The notes under the pieces: model-generated
Told to the model about the DNA's origin: nothing
Database searches by the model: none
Seen by the model: the letters and a program-made list of their open reading frames with translations, nothing else
Shown here: positions 1 through 10,016 of the stretch, piece by piece
Layout: the number at the start of each line of letters is the position of its first letter
How positions within the stretch are numbered: position 1 is the stretch's first letter
Made by a program: the position numbers and the translations under genes
NCBI GenBank assembly: GCA_030447745.1
Contig: JAUJOH010000002.1
Span: 119,516 to 183,515 of the forward strand
Direction: 5' to 3'
DNA length: 64,000 nucleotides
Source of the DNA: Chloroflexota bacterium
GTDB lineage: Bacteria > Chloroflexota > Limnocylindria > Limnocylindrales > CSP1-4

Positions 1-162
1 CGGGCTCGCCGCACGGGCCTCGCCGAGGCCTGAACCTCACCACATGCGGCGGGACTGGTCGACGGTCCCGCCGTTCCGGCCGTCCGGCACCCGTCCAGCT
101 CGAGCCGGGCGGCCCTCCCCCGCCCGCCCCGCTCATCCCGGTACGACAGAGGTCCCGATCCC

Positions 163-567
163 ATGAAGCGCCTGTTCACCGCCCTGGGCCTCCTCTCCGT
201 GGCCCTGATCCTCGTCGCCTGTTCGGGCTCCGGGCCGAACTCGAACACCGGCGGCGGCGCCGGCACCCCCGCCGCGTCCGCTGACCCGAGGGCCCTGCAG
301 ATCGCCGCCAACGACCTCAAGTTCTCGACGGCCACGCTCGAGGCCCGAGCCGGCAAGCCCTTCCAGATCGTCTTCGACAACCAGGAAGGCGCTCCGCACA
401 ACGTCTCGATCTACAAGGACGAGTCGGCGGCTGAGAAGATCCTCGTCGAGGAGCCGTTCAGCGGCCCGAAGACGGTCACCTACCAGGTCCCCGCGCAGGG
501 GGCCGGGAGCTACTTCTTCCGCTGCGACGTCCACCCGGAGATGAAGGGGACGATCGAAGTCAAGTAG
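163..567 (+). CDS. Cupredoxin-domain lipoprotein
   Basis: Signal peptide with lipobox (ILVAC), Gly/Pro linker, then type-1 copper ligands: HN and C-x2-H-x2-M (CDVHPEM). Confidence 0.85.
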   Translation: MKRLFTALGLLSVALILVACSGSGPNSNTGGGAGTPAASADPRALQIAANDLKFSTATLEARAGKPFQIVFDNQEGAPHNVSIYKDESAAEKILVEEPFSGPKTVTYQVPAQGAGSYFFRCDVHPEMKGTIEVK

Positions 568-582
568 CGCCCGCCGCCGCCC

Positions 583-611
583 CCGACCCCGGGTCCGCGA
601 CCCGGGGTCGG
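583..611. terminator. GC-rich hairpin between convergent genes, possible terminator
   Basis: Perfect 13-bp inverted repeat CCGACCCCGGGTC / GACCCGGGGTCGG with a 3-nt loop. No U-tract. Confidence 0.45.
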
Positions 612-680
612 CCCGGGCGGCCCGGCGCAGGCGTCGCTCCGGCACCTCGCGGCGCGCATAGCTCCGGCCGCGCGGCAGGC

Positions 681-1658
681 TCAGCCCTCGAGGGGCTCGA
701 ACAGGCCGGGCGTCCCGCCGGCATGCCAGAACACCACGCGCCGGCCGTCGAGCTGCCGCCTCCGCGCGCGCTCGACGAGCGCGGCCAGCGCCTTGGCAGT
801 GTAGATCGGGTCGACGAGGATCCCCTCCGTGCGCGCGAGGAGCGCGGTCGCCTCGTCTGCCGCCGCAGTGGGCCGGCCGTAGCCCGCGCCGAGCTGCGTG
901 TCGTCGAGCTCGATCGACTCCCTCGTCGGGAGGGCGCCGCCTGCGACGCCCTGGAGACCGGCGAGGATCGCCTCGATCCGCGGCCGCAGCTCGTGCGGCG
1001 GCCGAGCCACCACCACGCCGATGACGCGGGCACGGCTGCCCCGCTCGCGGAGTCCCCGGATGACACCGGCCTGGGTGCCGCCCGTCGCCGACGGGATGAC
1101 CACGACGTCCGGCTCGGCGGCGCGGGCGCGGAGCTGGTCGATCAGCTCGACTCCCGCCAGCACCTGTCCGGCCGCACCGATCACGCCGGAGCCGCCGACC
1201 TCGATCTGGTACACCCGCCGCCCGGCCGCGGCGAGTCGGCGCGTGACATCCGCGACCAGCGCCTCCCGGTCGACACGCTCGGCGGACGCGGCCACGTGGA
1301 CGGTCGCGCCGAGGAGCCGCTCGAGGCTCACGTTCGGCCCGTCCGGCCGCGGCGGGCCGCTCAGCACGAGGTGGACGTCCATGCCCGCCCGAGCGCCGGC
1401 CGCCGCCGTCAACCGGCAGTGGTTCGACCAGCGCCGGCCCGCCGTGAGGAGCGTGTCGGCTCCCTCCGCGAGCGCCGCGCCGACGAGGAACTCGAGGTTG
1501 CGCAACTTGTTGCCCCCGAAGGCCAGGGGGAGGAGATCCTCGCGCTTGATCCAGATCTCCGCGCCAGCCCCAAGCGCGCGCCCGAAGCGAGGCAGCGGCT
1601 GGACGGGCGACGGGCCGTCGAGCAGCGGAAAGCGCGGCAGGTCGTCGAGCGGGACCAC
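681..1658 (-). CDS. PLP-dependent D-cysteine desulfhydrase / ACC deaminase family protein
   Basis: KREDL..GGNKLRNLE, SNHCR, SATGGTQAG and DPIYTAK motifs. Confidence 0.9.
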   Translation of the reverse strand: MVPLDDLPRFPLLDGPSPVQPLPRFGRALGAGAEIWIKREDLLPLAFGGNKLRNLEFLVGAALAEGADTLLTAGRRWSNHCRLTAAAGARAGMDVHLVLSGPPRPDGPNVSLERLLGATVHVAASAERVDREALVADVTRRLAAAGRRVYQIEVGGSGVIGAAGQVLAGVELIDQLRARAAEPDVVVIPSATGGTQAGVIRGLRERGSRARVIGVVVARPPHELRPRIEAILAGLQGVAGGALPTRESIELDDTQLGAGYGRPTAAADEATALLARTEGILVDPIYTAKALAALVERARRRQLDGRRVVFWHAGGTPGLFEPLEG

Positions 1659-1692
1659 GCGATCGATCGTAGCCCGGTGCTACCGTGGCGCG

Positions 1693-3035
1693 ATGGAGCC
1701 GAGGCCGATTGTCAGCCGGCGCCGCTTCCTGGCCTGGTCCGCGGCGGCCGCGACGACCCTCGTCGCGTGCCAGTCCGTGCCGCGACCGAGCATGCGGACG
1801 AACGCAGCGGCGGCAACGTCGACTCCCTCCTCGGCTGTCGCGGCAACCGCCAGCCCGTCGGCCTCCGTCGGGTCGGCCGGCGCTCCGGCACCATCCGAGG
1901 CGGCACCGCCGAGCGCCGGCCCCGGCCGCACGATCTACCGTGACGGCGCCCTGGCCGACGGTCGCTCGGACCGCCTGACCGTGGGCGTCAGCATCCTGGT
2001 CGAGAACGGTCGGATCGCCTGGATCCGGCCCTCGGGCGACGAGCCGGATCCCGGGTCGGCGGACGGTCTCGAGATCGTGGACGCGAGCGGGGCGACGTTC
2101 GTGCCCGGGATGGTCGACGGCCACGCGCACGTCACGCTGCCCGGCGGCGCGCACTGGATCGACCGCATCGGTGACCCTCCGGCACGGCTCCAGGCCGTCG
2201 CCGAGCACAACGGCCGGCTCATGACGGCGGCCGGCGTCCGGTGGGCCCGCGATGTCGGCGCGCCGTACGTCGACGACCCGGTTGACGGGCGGCGGCGCGC
2301 ACTGTCCCTCGGGGTTCGTGACCGGTGGCGCGATCGGCCGGGCTTTCCGCACATCCGGGCGGCGGGTACGTGGCTCGATCGTGCCGGGACGCTGCCGCCG
2401 GCCGCGCACACCGTGGAGGCGAACACGGCTCGCCGTGGACGGCGACGGAGATCGCGCGGGTGGTGGCCGCGGCACACGACCGAGGTGCGCGGGTGACCGC
2501 GCATGCCGGCCGGCTGTCCGGCGCGCGCGCCGGCGTGGAGGCCGGCGTCGACTCGATCGAGCACGGGTTCGAAGTGGACGACGACCTCGCTCGCGACATG
2601 GCGGATCGCGGCACGTTCCTCGTCTCGACGCTCGCCGTGATGCGCTCGTGGCTGACGTTCGGGCGCACGACGGCGCTGCCGCGGTTCGCGGGCGCGGACA
2701 GTCGGCGGGCAATCGAGGAACGGCTGGAGCGCGCCGAGGCGAGCGTTGCGGCCGCGCAGCGAGCCGGCGTGTCGATCGCCACGGGGACGGACTTCGGCGG
2801 CGGCTCGCTGCGCGCCAACCAGCTCGCCTGGGAGGTCGAGTCGCTGGTGGCGGCGGGTCTCGAGCCGTGGCAAGCCCTCGGTGCGGCGACCTGGCGCGGC
2901 GGCGAGCTGCTCGGGGACGACGCGGCCGGGACGATCCGGGAGGGCGGTCCACCGGACTTCTTCCTCGTGCACGGCGACCCGCTGACCGACCCCGCCTCGC
3001 TCTGGCGCGTATGGCGAGTCGCCTGGGCCGGCTGA
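1693..3035 (+). pseudogene. Amidohydrolase family protein with Tat/lipoprotein signal; frameshift and apparent short deletion near 2425-2440 (possibly an assembly error)
   Basis: SRRRFL Tat motif, LVAC lipobox and PGMVDGHAH in one frame. VTAHAG, SIEHG and GTDFGG continue in the 2325..3035 frame. Confidence 0.8.
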
Positions 3036-3059
3036 CGCCACGCCTCGTACCCTGACCCG

Positions 3060-3476
3060 GTGGCGACGCGCATTCCCCCGTCCGAGTGGCAACGGGGCAC
3101 CGGCCAGAACGCGGACATGGAGCGCGCGATCGCCGTCTCGGCGCCGACGGTCGGATCGGCGAACCTCTACACCAGCGTCGTCACGACGGCGCCGGCGGCG
3201 AGGACCAGGATCCACCATCACGGCGACTGCGAGACGTCGATCTACATCGTCTCCGGCCGGGCCCGCTACACGTGGGGCCCGACCGGGCTCGATCACGCCT
3301 TCGAGGCCGACGCCGGCGACATCGTCTACATCCCCGCCGGCGAGATCCACGTCGAGGAGAACGCCTCGCAGACGGAGCCGCTCGTCGTCGTCCTGAGCCG
3401 GAACTGCCCGGACTCGCACGTGGTCTATGTCGACCAGGGAGCGGACGGTGCGGCGGACGTGCCGGCTCCGTGCTGA
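3060..3476 (+). CDS. Cupin domain protein
   Basis: HHHGDCETSIYIVSG and GDIVYIPAGEIHVEEN cupin motifs. Confidence 0.85.
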   Translation: MATRIPPSEWQRGTGQNADMERAIAVSAPTVGSANLYTSVVTTAPAARTRIHHHGDCETSIYIVSGRARYTWGPTGLDHAFEADAGDIVYIPAGEIHVEENASQTEPLVVVLSRNCPDSHVVYVDQGADGAADVPAPC

Positions 3477-4498
3477 TCAGGACGCTTCCGCCGCTCGCCG
3501 ACGTCCTTGCCGAACACGGCCTGAGCGGCGTCGAGGAGACGCCGTTCCCGAACGACGGCTGGTCCGGATCGCGCCTCACCGGCCTGCAGACCGGCGGCCG
3601 GAAGTACGTGCTGAAGCGCACGTCCGCTTCCTTCGACTGGATCGTGCGTGCGACCGACGACACGCGCTTGCGCGAGGCCTGGGTCGCGGCCGGGCCGCTG
3701 CACCTGCCGCCGGCCGTGGTCGCGCCGTACCTCGGCGTGGCGAGCGACGGCGACGGCGCGGCCCTGCTGATGCCGGACCTGTCGGACGTCCTCCTGCGCT
3801 CGGACCGGGTGGCGGTCGGGACGCTCGGGGTCGACACGATGGATCGCGTGCTGCGGGCAACGGCGGACCTCCATGCGGCGGCGTGGTCGTCGCCCGACGA
3901 CGATCCGCCGTGGTGTCCGCTCGCCAACCGCTTGACGCTGCTGACCAAGCCGGCCGCCGAGGCGTACGCCGCGGCCGGTCTGGCCGTCGCGGACCGGTTC
4001 ATGGCAGGTTGGGCCGCCTTCGACCGCCAAGCCCCGGCGGCCGCCCGCGATCTCGTCGCCCGCCTCTCCGCGGACCCTTCCCCCTTGCTGCGAGCCCTCG
4101 ACCGGTTGCCGGTCGTCGGGCTCCACGGCGACCTGAAGCTTGCCAATGTCGCGCTCCTGGGCAACGGAGGGGTGGCCGTGATTGACTGGCAGATGACGCT
4201 CGGCGCTCCCGTTGCCGTGGAGCTGGGCTGGTTTCTCGTCTCGAACGTCGCGAGCCTGCCGCTGCGCCCGGACGCCGTGCTCGAGCGATACGCCGTCGCG
4301 GCGCGCTCCGCGGGCGTCGAGCTCGGTGACTGGGGCGCGCAGGCAGACCTGGCCTGGCTGGTCGGCCTCCTGCTCCGCGGCTGGCGCAAGGGGCTCGACG
4401 CGGAGGCCGCGGTCCCGTCCGGGTGGGGCGCGGGCGGACCAGATGAGCTGGCGTGGTGGTGCCGCCACGCTGTCGCGGCCGCCGACCGGCGGCTGTGA
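3470..4498 (+). CDS. Aminoglycoside/choline phosphotransferase (APH-like) family protein
   Basis: YVLK, HGDLKLAN (Brenner motif) and VIDWQ. GTG start overlaps the cupin stop. Confidence 0.8.
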   Translation: MLIRTLPPLADVLAEHGLSGVEETPFPNDGWSGSRLTGLQTGGRKYVLKRTSASFDWIVRATDDTRLREAWVAAGPLHLPPAVVAPYLGVASDGDGAALLMPDLSDVLLRSDRVAVGTLGVDTMDRVLRATADLHAAAWSSPDDDPPWCPLANRLTLLTKPAAEAYAAAGLAVADRFMAGWAAFDRQAPAAARDLVARLSADPSPLLRALDRLPVVGLHGDLKLANVALLGNGGVAVIDWQMTLGAPVAVELGWFLVSNVASLPLRPDAVLERYAVAARSAGVELGDWGAQADLAWLVGLLLRGWRKGLDAEAAVPSGWGAGGPDELAWWCRHAVAAADRRL

Positions 4499-4520
4499 CG
4501 CCGGACCCCGTTCAGGCGGG

Positions 4521-4622
4521 GGGCGGTCAGGTGGGCGGTCAGGCCGGGCGGTCAGGCCGGGCGGTCAGGTCGGGCGGTCAGGTCGGGCGGTCAGGCCGGG
4601 CGGTCAGGTCGGGCGGTCAGGC
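4521..4622. repeat. Tandem repeat, about 8 copies of the 13-bp unit GGGCGGTCAGGYC
   Basis: Read directly; lies between two convergent genes. Confidence 0.95.
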
Positions 4623-5429
4623 GGGCGCGGCCAGATCGCGCCTCGGGAAGACCATGAGCGCGTAGGCGGCCGCCCCGATCGACACCGCGCCGAGCTTGGC
4701 GAGGTCGCCCCAGTGGGGCAGGCCGATGAGGTTGGCCTTCGTGTCGAGGTAGTGGAACAGCGAGTACGGCTGGAGTGGACGCGCCTCCGGCCACAGCGAG
4801 CCGAGGACCTCGAGCGTGTACGCCACGAGGACGATCGCGAGGCTGATCCCGACCGCCGGGGCGAGGCGATCGAACGACACGGAGGCGGCGAGCGACACGG
4901 CGGCGATCGCCCAGAACACCAGCGACGTGTTGAGCCACTGGAGCGGGAGGTTCGCCAGGCCGAGCTCCGCCGTCCGCCCGGTCGCCACCGCGCCGAGGAG
5001 CACGCCGGCGGTCAGCGCCGCCACGGTGGTCGCAACGAAGAGCGCGGCCGCTGCCGCCAGCGTCGCCCAGACCGTGCGGCGGGCGAGCGGCCGCGCGAGC
5101 AGCACCTCGAGCGTCCCGCGCTGGTGCTCGCCTGCGACGGCGCTCGCGGCGAACCCGACAGCGAACATGAGCTGGAGCGCGACCGCGATCGGATGGATGA
5201 ACCCGAGGGCAACAGCGCCCGTCAGGCTCAGGAAATCGCCGCCGCCGAACTGCGCGAACCGCGCAAACTCGGGCGGGACGGCGCCGCTCTCGAGAATCGC
5301 CCGCACCTGGTCGCCGAGCGAGTCATAGATGACCACGTTCAGGGCACCCCACAGTGCCAGCGCGAGCGACACGACGATGAGGCGCGAGCGGTTGGCGCGC
5401 CAGGCGTGGCGAAGGAGCGCACCATTCAT
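4617..5429 (-). CDS. ABC-2 type transporter permease
   Basis: Multiple TM segments and the AGEHQRGTLEVLLARP motif. ATG overlaps the ATPase stop. Confidence 0.85.
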   Translation of the reverse strand: MNGALLRHAWRANRSRLIVVSLALALWGALNVVIYDSLGDQVRAILESGAVPPEFARFAQFGGGDFLSLTGAVALGFIHPIAVALQLMFAVGFAASAVAGEHQRGTLEVLLARPLARRTVWATLAAAAALFVATTVAALTAGVLLGAVATGRTAELGLANLPLQWLNTSLVFWAIAAVSLAASVSFDRLAPAVGISLAIVLVAYTLEVLGSLWPEARPLQPYSLFHYLDTKANLIGLPHWGDLAKLGAVSIGAAAYALMVFPRRDLAAPA

Positions 5430-6397
5430 CGCGGCGAGCGGCCCGTCGCCACGGCGGCGTTCGCGGGCGGTTCCGACTCGTCCTCGTAGAACTCCAGGAA
5501 TGCATCCTCGAGGCGGGCCGGCTCGATCGTCAGGTCGGCGATCGGCGCCCCCGCGATGGCGGCCAGGAACGGCTTCACGTCGCCCTCCAGCTGGCACGTC
5601 AGCCGGCCGTCGAACCGATGCACGGCCGTCACGCCGGGAACGCCGTCGAGCGCGGGGGCGGCTCCGGTCAGCCGCATCTCGACGTTCCGGCGCCGGTGCG
5701 CAAGGAGGGCGTCGATCTCCTCGAGCGCGACGAGCCGTCCACGCCGGACGATCGCCACCCGGTCGCACACGCGCTCGACCTCCGACAGGACGTGGGACGA
5801 GAAGAAGACGGTCCGCCCGGCGGCCCGCAGGTCGTCGAGCACGGCATAGAACGCGTGCTGCATGAGCGGATCCAGCCCCTCGGACGGCTCGTCGAGGATC
5901 GCCAGCTCCGGGTCGTGCTGGAGCGCCTGGACGATGCCGAGCTTCTGGCGGGTCCCGCGCGAGAGGTCGCGGACCGGGCGACGGAGCGTCTCCTCCGAAA
6001 GCTCGAGGCGGTCGCACAGCTCCCGCCGGCGGATCGCGGGCCGGCCGGCGAACCCGGTCAGCTCGTCAAGCAGGCGCTCGCCGGTCAGCGAGTCCCAGAA
6101 CGCGACGCCGCCCGGGAGATACCCGATTCGCCGGCGGATGGCCACGCTGTCGCGCTCGGCGTCGAGTCCGAGAACGGTCGCCCGGCCGGCCGTCGGATGC
6201 AGGAACCCGAGCAGGAGCCGAATGGCCGTGCTCTTGCCTGCCCCATTCGGACCGAGGAAGCCGAAGACCTCGCCCTCCCGCACCTCCAGCGACAGCCGAT
6301 CGAGGGCCAGGACGACGTCGCCGCGCGACCGATGCGGGCGCAACAGGCGTCGACGCCCGTACTGTTTCGTCAGCCCGACGGTCTCGATGGCGCCCAT
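5426..6397 (-). CDS. ABC transporter ATP-binding protein
   Basis: Walker A GPNGAGKS, signature LSRGTRQK, Walker B ILDEP, H-loop SSH. Confidence 0.95.
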   Translation of the reverse strand: MGAIETVGLTKQYGRRRLLRPHRSRGDVVLALDRLSLEVREGEVFGFLGPNGAGKSTAIRLLLGFLHPTAGRATVLGLDAERDSVAIRRRIGYLPGGVAFWDSLTGERLLDELTGFAGRPAIRRRELCDRLELSEETLRRPVRDLSRGTRQKLGIVQALQHDPELAILDEPSEGLDPLMQHAFYAVLDDLRAAGRTVFFSSHVLSEVERVCDRVAIVRRGRLVALEEIDALLAHRRRNVEMRLTGAAPALDGVPGVTAVHRFDGRLTCQLEGDVKPFLAAIAGAPIADLTIEPARLEDAFLEFYEDESEPPANAAVATGRSPR

Positions 6398-6455
6398 TCC
6401 TGTGGGAGCCTAGCGGAGGCCCGTCGCCAGTGGCGCGCTCGCGCACGAGGTCAGC

Positions 6456-6836
6456 ATGCCGAAACACCTTCCTCAGGTCGCCCGCAGCGAGGCCGGCAGC
6501 CTGCCGTTCTCCCGCGTGGTCGAGGCGAACGGATTTGTGTTCCTCGCCGGCCAAGTCGGCGATCGGCCGGGCGAGGACGGTCCCGTGCCCGGTGGGATCG
6601 ACGCGGAGACGCGGGCGATGCTCGACAACGTCGCCCGTCTCCTTCGGGCGGTGGGACTCGAGCTCGCGGACGTCGTGAAGGCGACGGTGTACCTGCGCGA
6701 GTTCGAGGAATTCGCGGCGATGAACCGAGTCTACCGCGAGTACTTCCCCGCGGAGCCGCCGGCGCGGGCGACCGTCGGCGTCACCCGCCTCGCGGGTGAG
6801 TATCGGGTCGAGATCGACATCGTGGCGGCTCGCTGA
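6456..6836 (+). CDS. RidA/YjgF/UK114 family protein
   Basis: VFLAGQV, MNRVYREYF, PARATVGV and VEID motifs. Confidence 0.9.
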   Translation: MPKHLPQVARSEAGSLPFSRVVEANGFVFLAGQVGDRPGEDGPVPGGIDAETRAMLDNVARLLRAVGLELADVVKATVYLREFEEFAAMNRVYREYFPAEPPARATVGVTRLAGEYRVEIDIVAAR

Positions 6837-6843
6837 CGGGCTA

Positions 6844-7365
6844 CTACGGCGCTGCGGCCTCGAGAAACCGCGCGACCCGGTCGAGGGCGTCGTCGCGCAC
6901 CGGTCCCAGCGTGTGGCCCAGCCGCGGATAGGTGTGCAGCTCCGCCCGCGGGAGCTGCGCGACGGCCGTGCGAAGGAGCTCCAGGCGGGCAAGTGGGTCG
7001 GATTCGCCGGACAGCAGGAGGACGGGGCAGCGGATCGCCGGCCAGTGCGCCGTGCGGGCCGCCCAGGTCTCGGGGCCGCCCGGGCGGTGGAGCGGGTAGC
7101 TGAGCAGGATCAGGGCGGCATACGGGGCGCCCGGTTCCGCCGCCGCGAGGCTCGCGACGCGGCCGCCGTAGGAGTGACCGCCGACGACCGCGTCCGCGGA
7201 TGCCGGCACGGCCGCGTGAAGCGCCGGAACGGCGTCCTCCGCGCGTCGGCGCGGGAGGTCGATGGCATCCGCCGCGAAGCCGCGCGCCCGCAGCCCGCCG
7301 ATCCACGGCTCCATCGTCGCGGCCGTGCCGCTCGCGCCGTGCCCGAGGTAGACGTGGAACCTCAT
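6844..7365 (-). CDS. Small alpha/beta hydrolase (KANL3/Tex30-like)
   Basis: GGHSYGGR nucleophile elbow, SYPLH, GESDP and a C-terminal His. Confidence 0.8.
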   Translation of the reverse strand: MRFHVYLGHGASGTAATMEPWIGGLRARGFAADAIDLPRRRAEDAVPALHAAVPASADAVVGGHSYGGRVASLAAAEPGAPYAALILLSYPLHRPGGPETWAARTAHWPAIRCPVLLLSGESDPLARLELLRTAVAQLPRAELHTYPRLGHTLGPVRDDALDRVARFLEAAAP

Positions 7366-7454
7366 CCAGCGGAGGCTAGTGCCACGGCCGTGACACGCAA
7401 GGTGTCACGCGGGTGGCCGAGTCTCTCGCCATCAACCCGATTGGAGAGATCGCA

Positions 7455-7589
7455 ATGGTCACCATTGACTGCCCGTGGTGCGAGGCACCGGTCGCGTTCG
7501 AGCACACACACGCCATGCACTGCATGGACTGCCGGATCGAGGTCGAGGTCGACCCCGCCCCGGCGCCGGATGTGGCACTCGCCGCCTGA
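7455..7589 (+). CDS. 44-aa zinc-ribbon-like microprotein (missing from the ORF track)
   Basis: MVTIDCPWCEAPVAFEHTHAMHCMDCRIEVEVDPAPAPDVALAA has two CxxC pairs. GGAGAG SD at 7443-7448. Confidence 0.65.
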   Translation: MVTIDCPWCEAPVAFEHTHAMHCMDCRIEVEVDPAPAPDVALAA

Positions 7590-7635
7590 CGACGTTCGAC
7601 AGACGCCGAGGCGGACCGCCGGCTACGCCAGGGCG

Positions 7636-9229
7636 TCACACGACGGCGGGCTCGCTCGCGGGCGGGACGGAGACGCCGATGCCTTCCGCAATGCGGCGGC
7701 CGAAGTCCGGGTCGCATCGCGTGAAGTGCTCGACCATGCGCTCCTGGATGTGGCGCTCGCACTGGCTGAGTGCGTCGGTCAGGTTGAGGACCAGGTCTTC
7801 CCGTTCCCAGTCCGGCATCGTCCGGTACCGCTCGCCGGGCTGCCGGTAGTCGTTCGTGCGCTCGATCGTTGCCCGGGTGAGCCGGCCGTGGATCTCCGGC
7901 TCGTACATCGGCCCCGGCGGGTCCGCCTCCCTGAGCCCGCCAGTCGAGTTCGGCTCGTAGTTCGTGTGCGGGTTCTGCCCGACGGTGTCGACGTAGTAGG
8001 TCATCTGCCCGTCGCGCTGGTTCGTGGCGGGCCTGACGACCGGCTGGTTGACCGGCAGCTGCAGGTAGTTCGGTCCGACGCGGTAGCGCTGCGTGTCCGA
8101 ATACGAGAACGTCCGGCCGACCAGCATCTTGTCGTCGGAGAAGTCGATCCCATCGACGAGCACACCGGTGCCGAAGGCCGCCTGCTCGTTCTCGGCGAAG
8201 AAGTTCTGAACGTTCCGGTTGAGCGTCATCATGCCGACCGGTCGCAGCGGAAACTCGTCCTCCGGCCAGATCTTCGTGTTGTCGAGCGGATCCCATTCGA
8301 GCTCCGGGTGCTCGTCGTCGCCCATGATCTGCACGCACAGCTCCCAGCGCGGGTAGTCGCCACGCTCGATCGCCTCGAAGAGGTCCTTCGAGTGGCTCCC
8401 GAGATCATGGGCCTGGATCTCGCTGGCCTGGGCCTGCGTGAGCGACTCGATCCCCTGCTGCGTCTTCCAGTGGAACTTGCACAGAACGCCCTCGCCCCGA
8501 GCGTTGATCAGCTTGTACGTGTTGACCCCGAACCCGTCCATGTGCCGGTAGCTCTTCGGGATGCCGCGCGGGCTGAAGAGCCAGGTGAGCATGTGCATCG
8601 ACTCGGGCGTGAGGCTCATGAAGTCGAAAATCCGGTTCGGCTCCTGGCGGAACGTGACCGGGTCCGGCTTCAGCGAGTGGATCACGTCCGGAAACTTGAT
8701 CGCGTCGCGGACGAAGAAGACCTGCAGGTTGTTGCCGACGAGGTCCCAGTTGCCCCTCGGTCCGGAGCTTGATCGCGAACCCGCGCGGGTCGCGCGCGAC
8801 CTCGGACGAGTCCCGACCGCCGATCACGGTCGAGAACCGGAGCGTGACGGGCGTCTTCTTGCCCCTGGTCTGGAACAGCCTCGCCCGACTGTACGTCGAG
8901 GCCGGCTCGTCGCCGATCGTGCCGTACGCCTCGAACTCGCCGTGCGCCACGAAGCCGCGGGCGTGGACGACGCGCTCGGGGATCCGCTCGCGGTCGAAGT
9001 GGCTGATCTTCTCGAGGAAGTGGTAGTTCTCGAGGGTCGCCGGCCCGCGCGCCCCGACCGTCCGCTGGTGCTGGTTGTCGTAGACCGGGTGGCCCTGCCG
9101 GGTGGTCAGCCGCGGCTGCGTGTTGCCGGTTCCGTCGGTCGCGCCGGGCCGCGTCGGGTTCTCGGCGTTCGTGCCGTTCGTGCCGTTCGTTGCCTGCGAG
9201 CCGCGCCCGGTCGTGTCATGGTCAGCCAT
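7636..9229 (-). pseudogene. katA: Monofunctional heme catalase with a frameshift near 8757 (probably a sequence error)
   Basis: [16 protein letters not shown] in the 8405..9229 frame. [44 protein letters not shown] in the other frame. Confidence 0.9.
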
Positions 9230-9335
9230 CGTCAGTCCCTTCGATCAGCGCCGCCGGTCGATCCGTCCGTGGCCGTCCATTGTCCTCCAGACGCCAAGCG
9301 CCGTCGCTCGTCTGGCCGTGGCCGCCGGTTCGGGG

Positions 9336-10016
9336 TCACACCGGATACTGGCGTTCCTCGACCAGCGCGCACCGTCCGCCGACGTCGACGCTGCCGTCGG
9401 CTCCGGGACGAACGCGCAGCTCGGAGCCGACACCCTGGCGGATCACGAGCGGTCGCCCCAGCCGCGCACCGAGCACGAGCGCCGCGCCCCCGGTGGCCTC
9501 GTCCTCGAGGACCGCCGGCTCCCCCGGGAAATATCGCGCCCGCAGGACGCCGATCCCGGCATCCTCCCAGGCCCACGCATACAGGCTCTGGTCGCGGAGC
9601 GGCGGCGGCGTGATGTCCTCGACCTCGCCGGGCGTGGCGTACTCCACGAAGCGAACCTCGTACACCCACTCCGGGCGGGCCCGGATCCAGGTGATGCCGT
9701 CCTCGATCCACGTCAGGACGCGGCCGGCGGGCACCTCGAGCGTCCGTACCGGCCGGCCGAGGTGCCGCAGCAGCCACGCCGTGCCGACTGACGGATGACC
9801 GGCGAACGGAAGCTCGACGCCCGGGGTCAGGATGCGCATCCGCGCGGCGCCGCTCTCGACGCCGTCGACGAACACCGTCTCGCTGTATCCGAGGTCGGCC
9901 GCGGCGGCCTGACGGCGGTCGGCCGGCACGTCGCCGCCGGCGACGAACACGCCGAGCGGGTTCCCGCCGCTGCCGCCGGGCCCGAGGAATACCCGGACGA
10001 CGTGGAGGGTCGTCAA
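9336..10016 (-). CDS. PhzF family isomerase/epimerase
   Basis: VF..GGNPLGV, YSETVFV, ELPFAGHP and EDEATG motifs. TTG start. Confidence 0.85.
   Translation of the reverse strand: MTTLHVVRVFLGPGGSGGNPLGVFVAGGDVPADRRQAAAADLGYSETVFVDGVESGAARMRILTPGVELPFAGHPSVGTAWLLRHLGRPVRTLEVPAGRVLTWIEDGITWIRARPEWVYEVRFVEYATPGEVEDITPPPLRDQSLYAWAWEDAGIGVLRARYFPGEPAVLEDEATGGAALVLGARLGRPLVIRQGVGSELRVRPGADGSVDVGGRCALVEERQYPV

Noticed and set aside
4521-4622. Tandem repeat as a CRISPR array
   Set aside because: Units are 13 bp and contiguous, with no unique spacers and no cas genes.
9168-9191. 9-bp repeat GTTCGTGCC in the catalase 5' region
   Set aside because: About 2.5 copies encoding TNG units in a disordered N-terminal extension; no further signal.
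9245-9290. 11-aa uORF MDGHGRIDRRR upstream of catalase
   Set aside because: The GGAGG is only 3 nt from the ATG, and nothing else supports translation.
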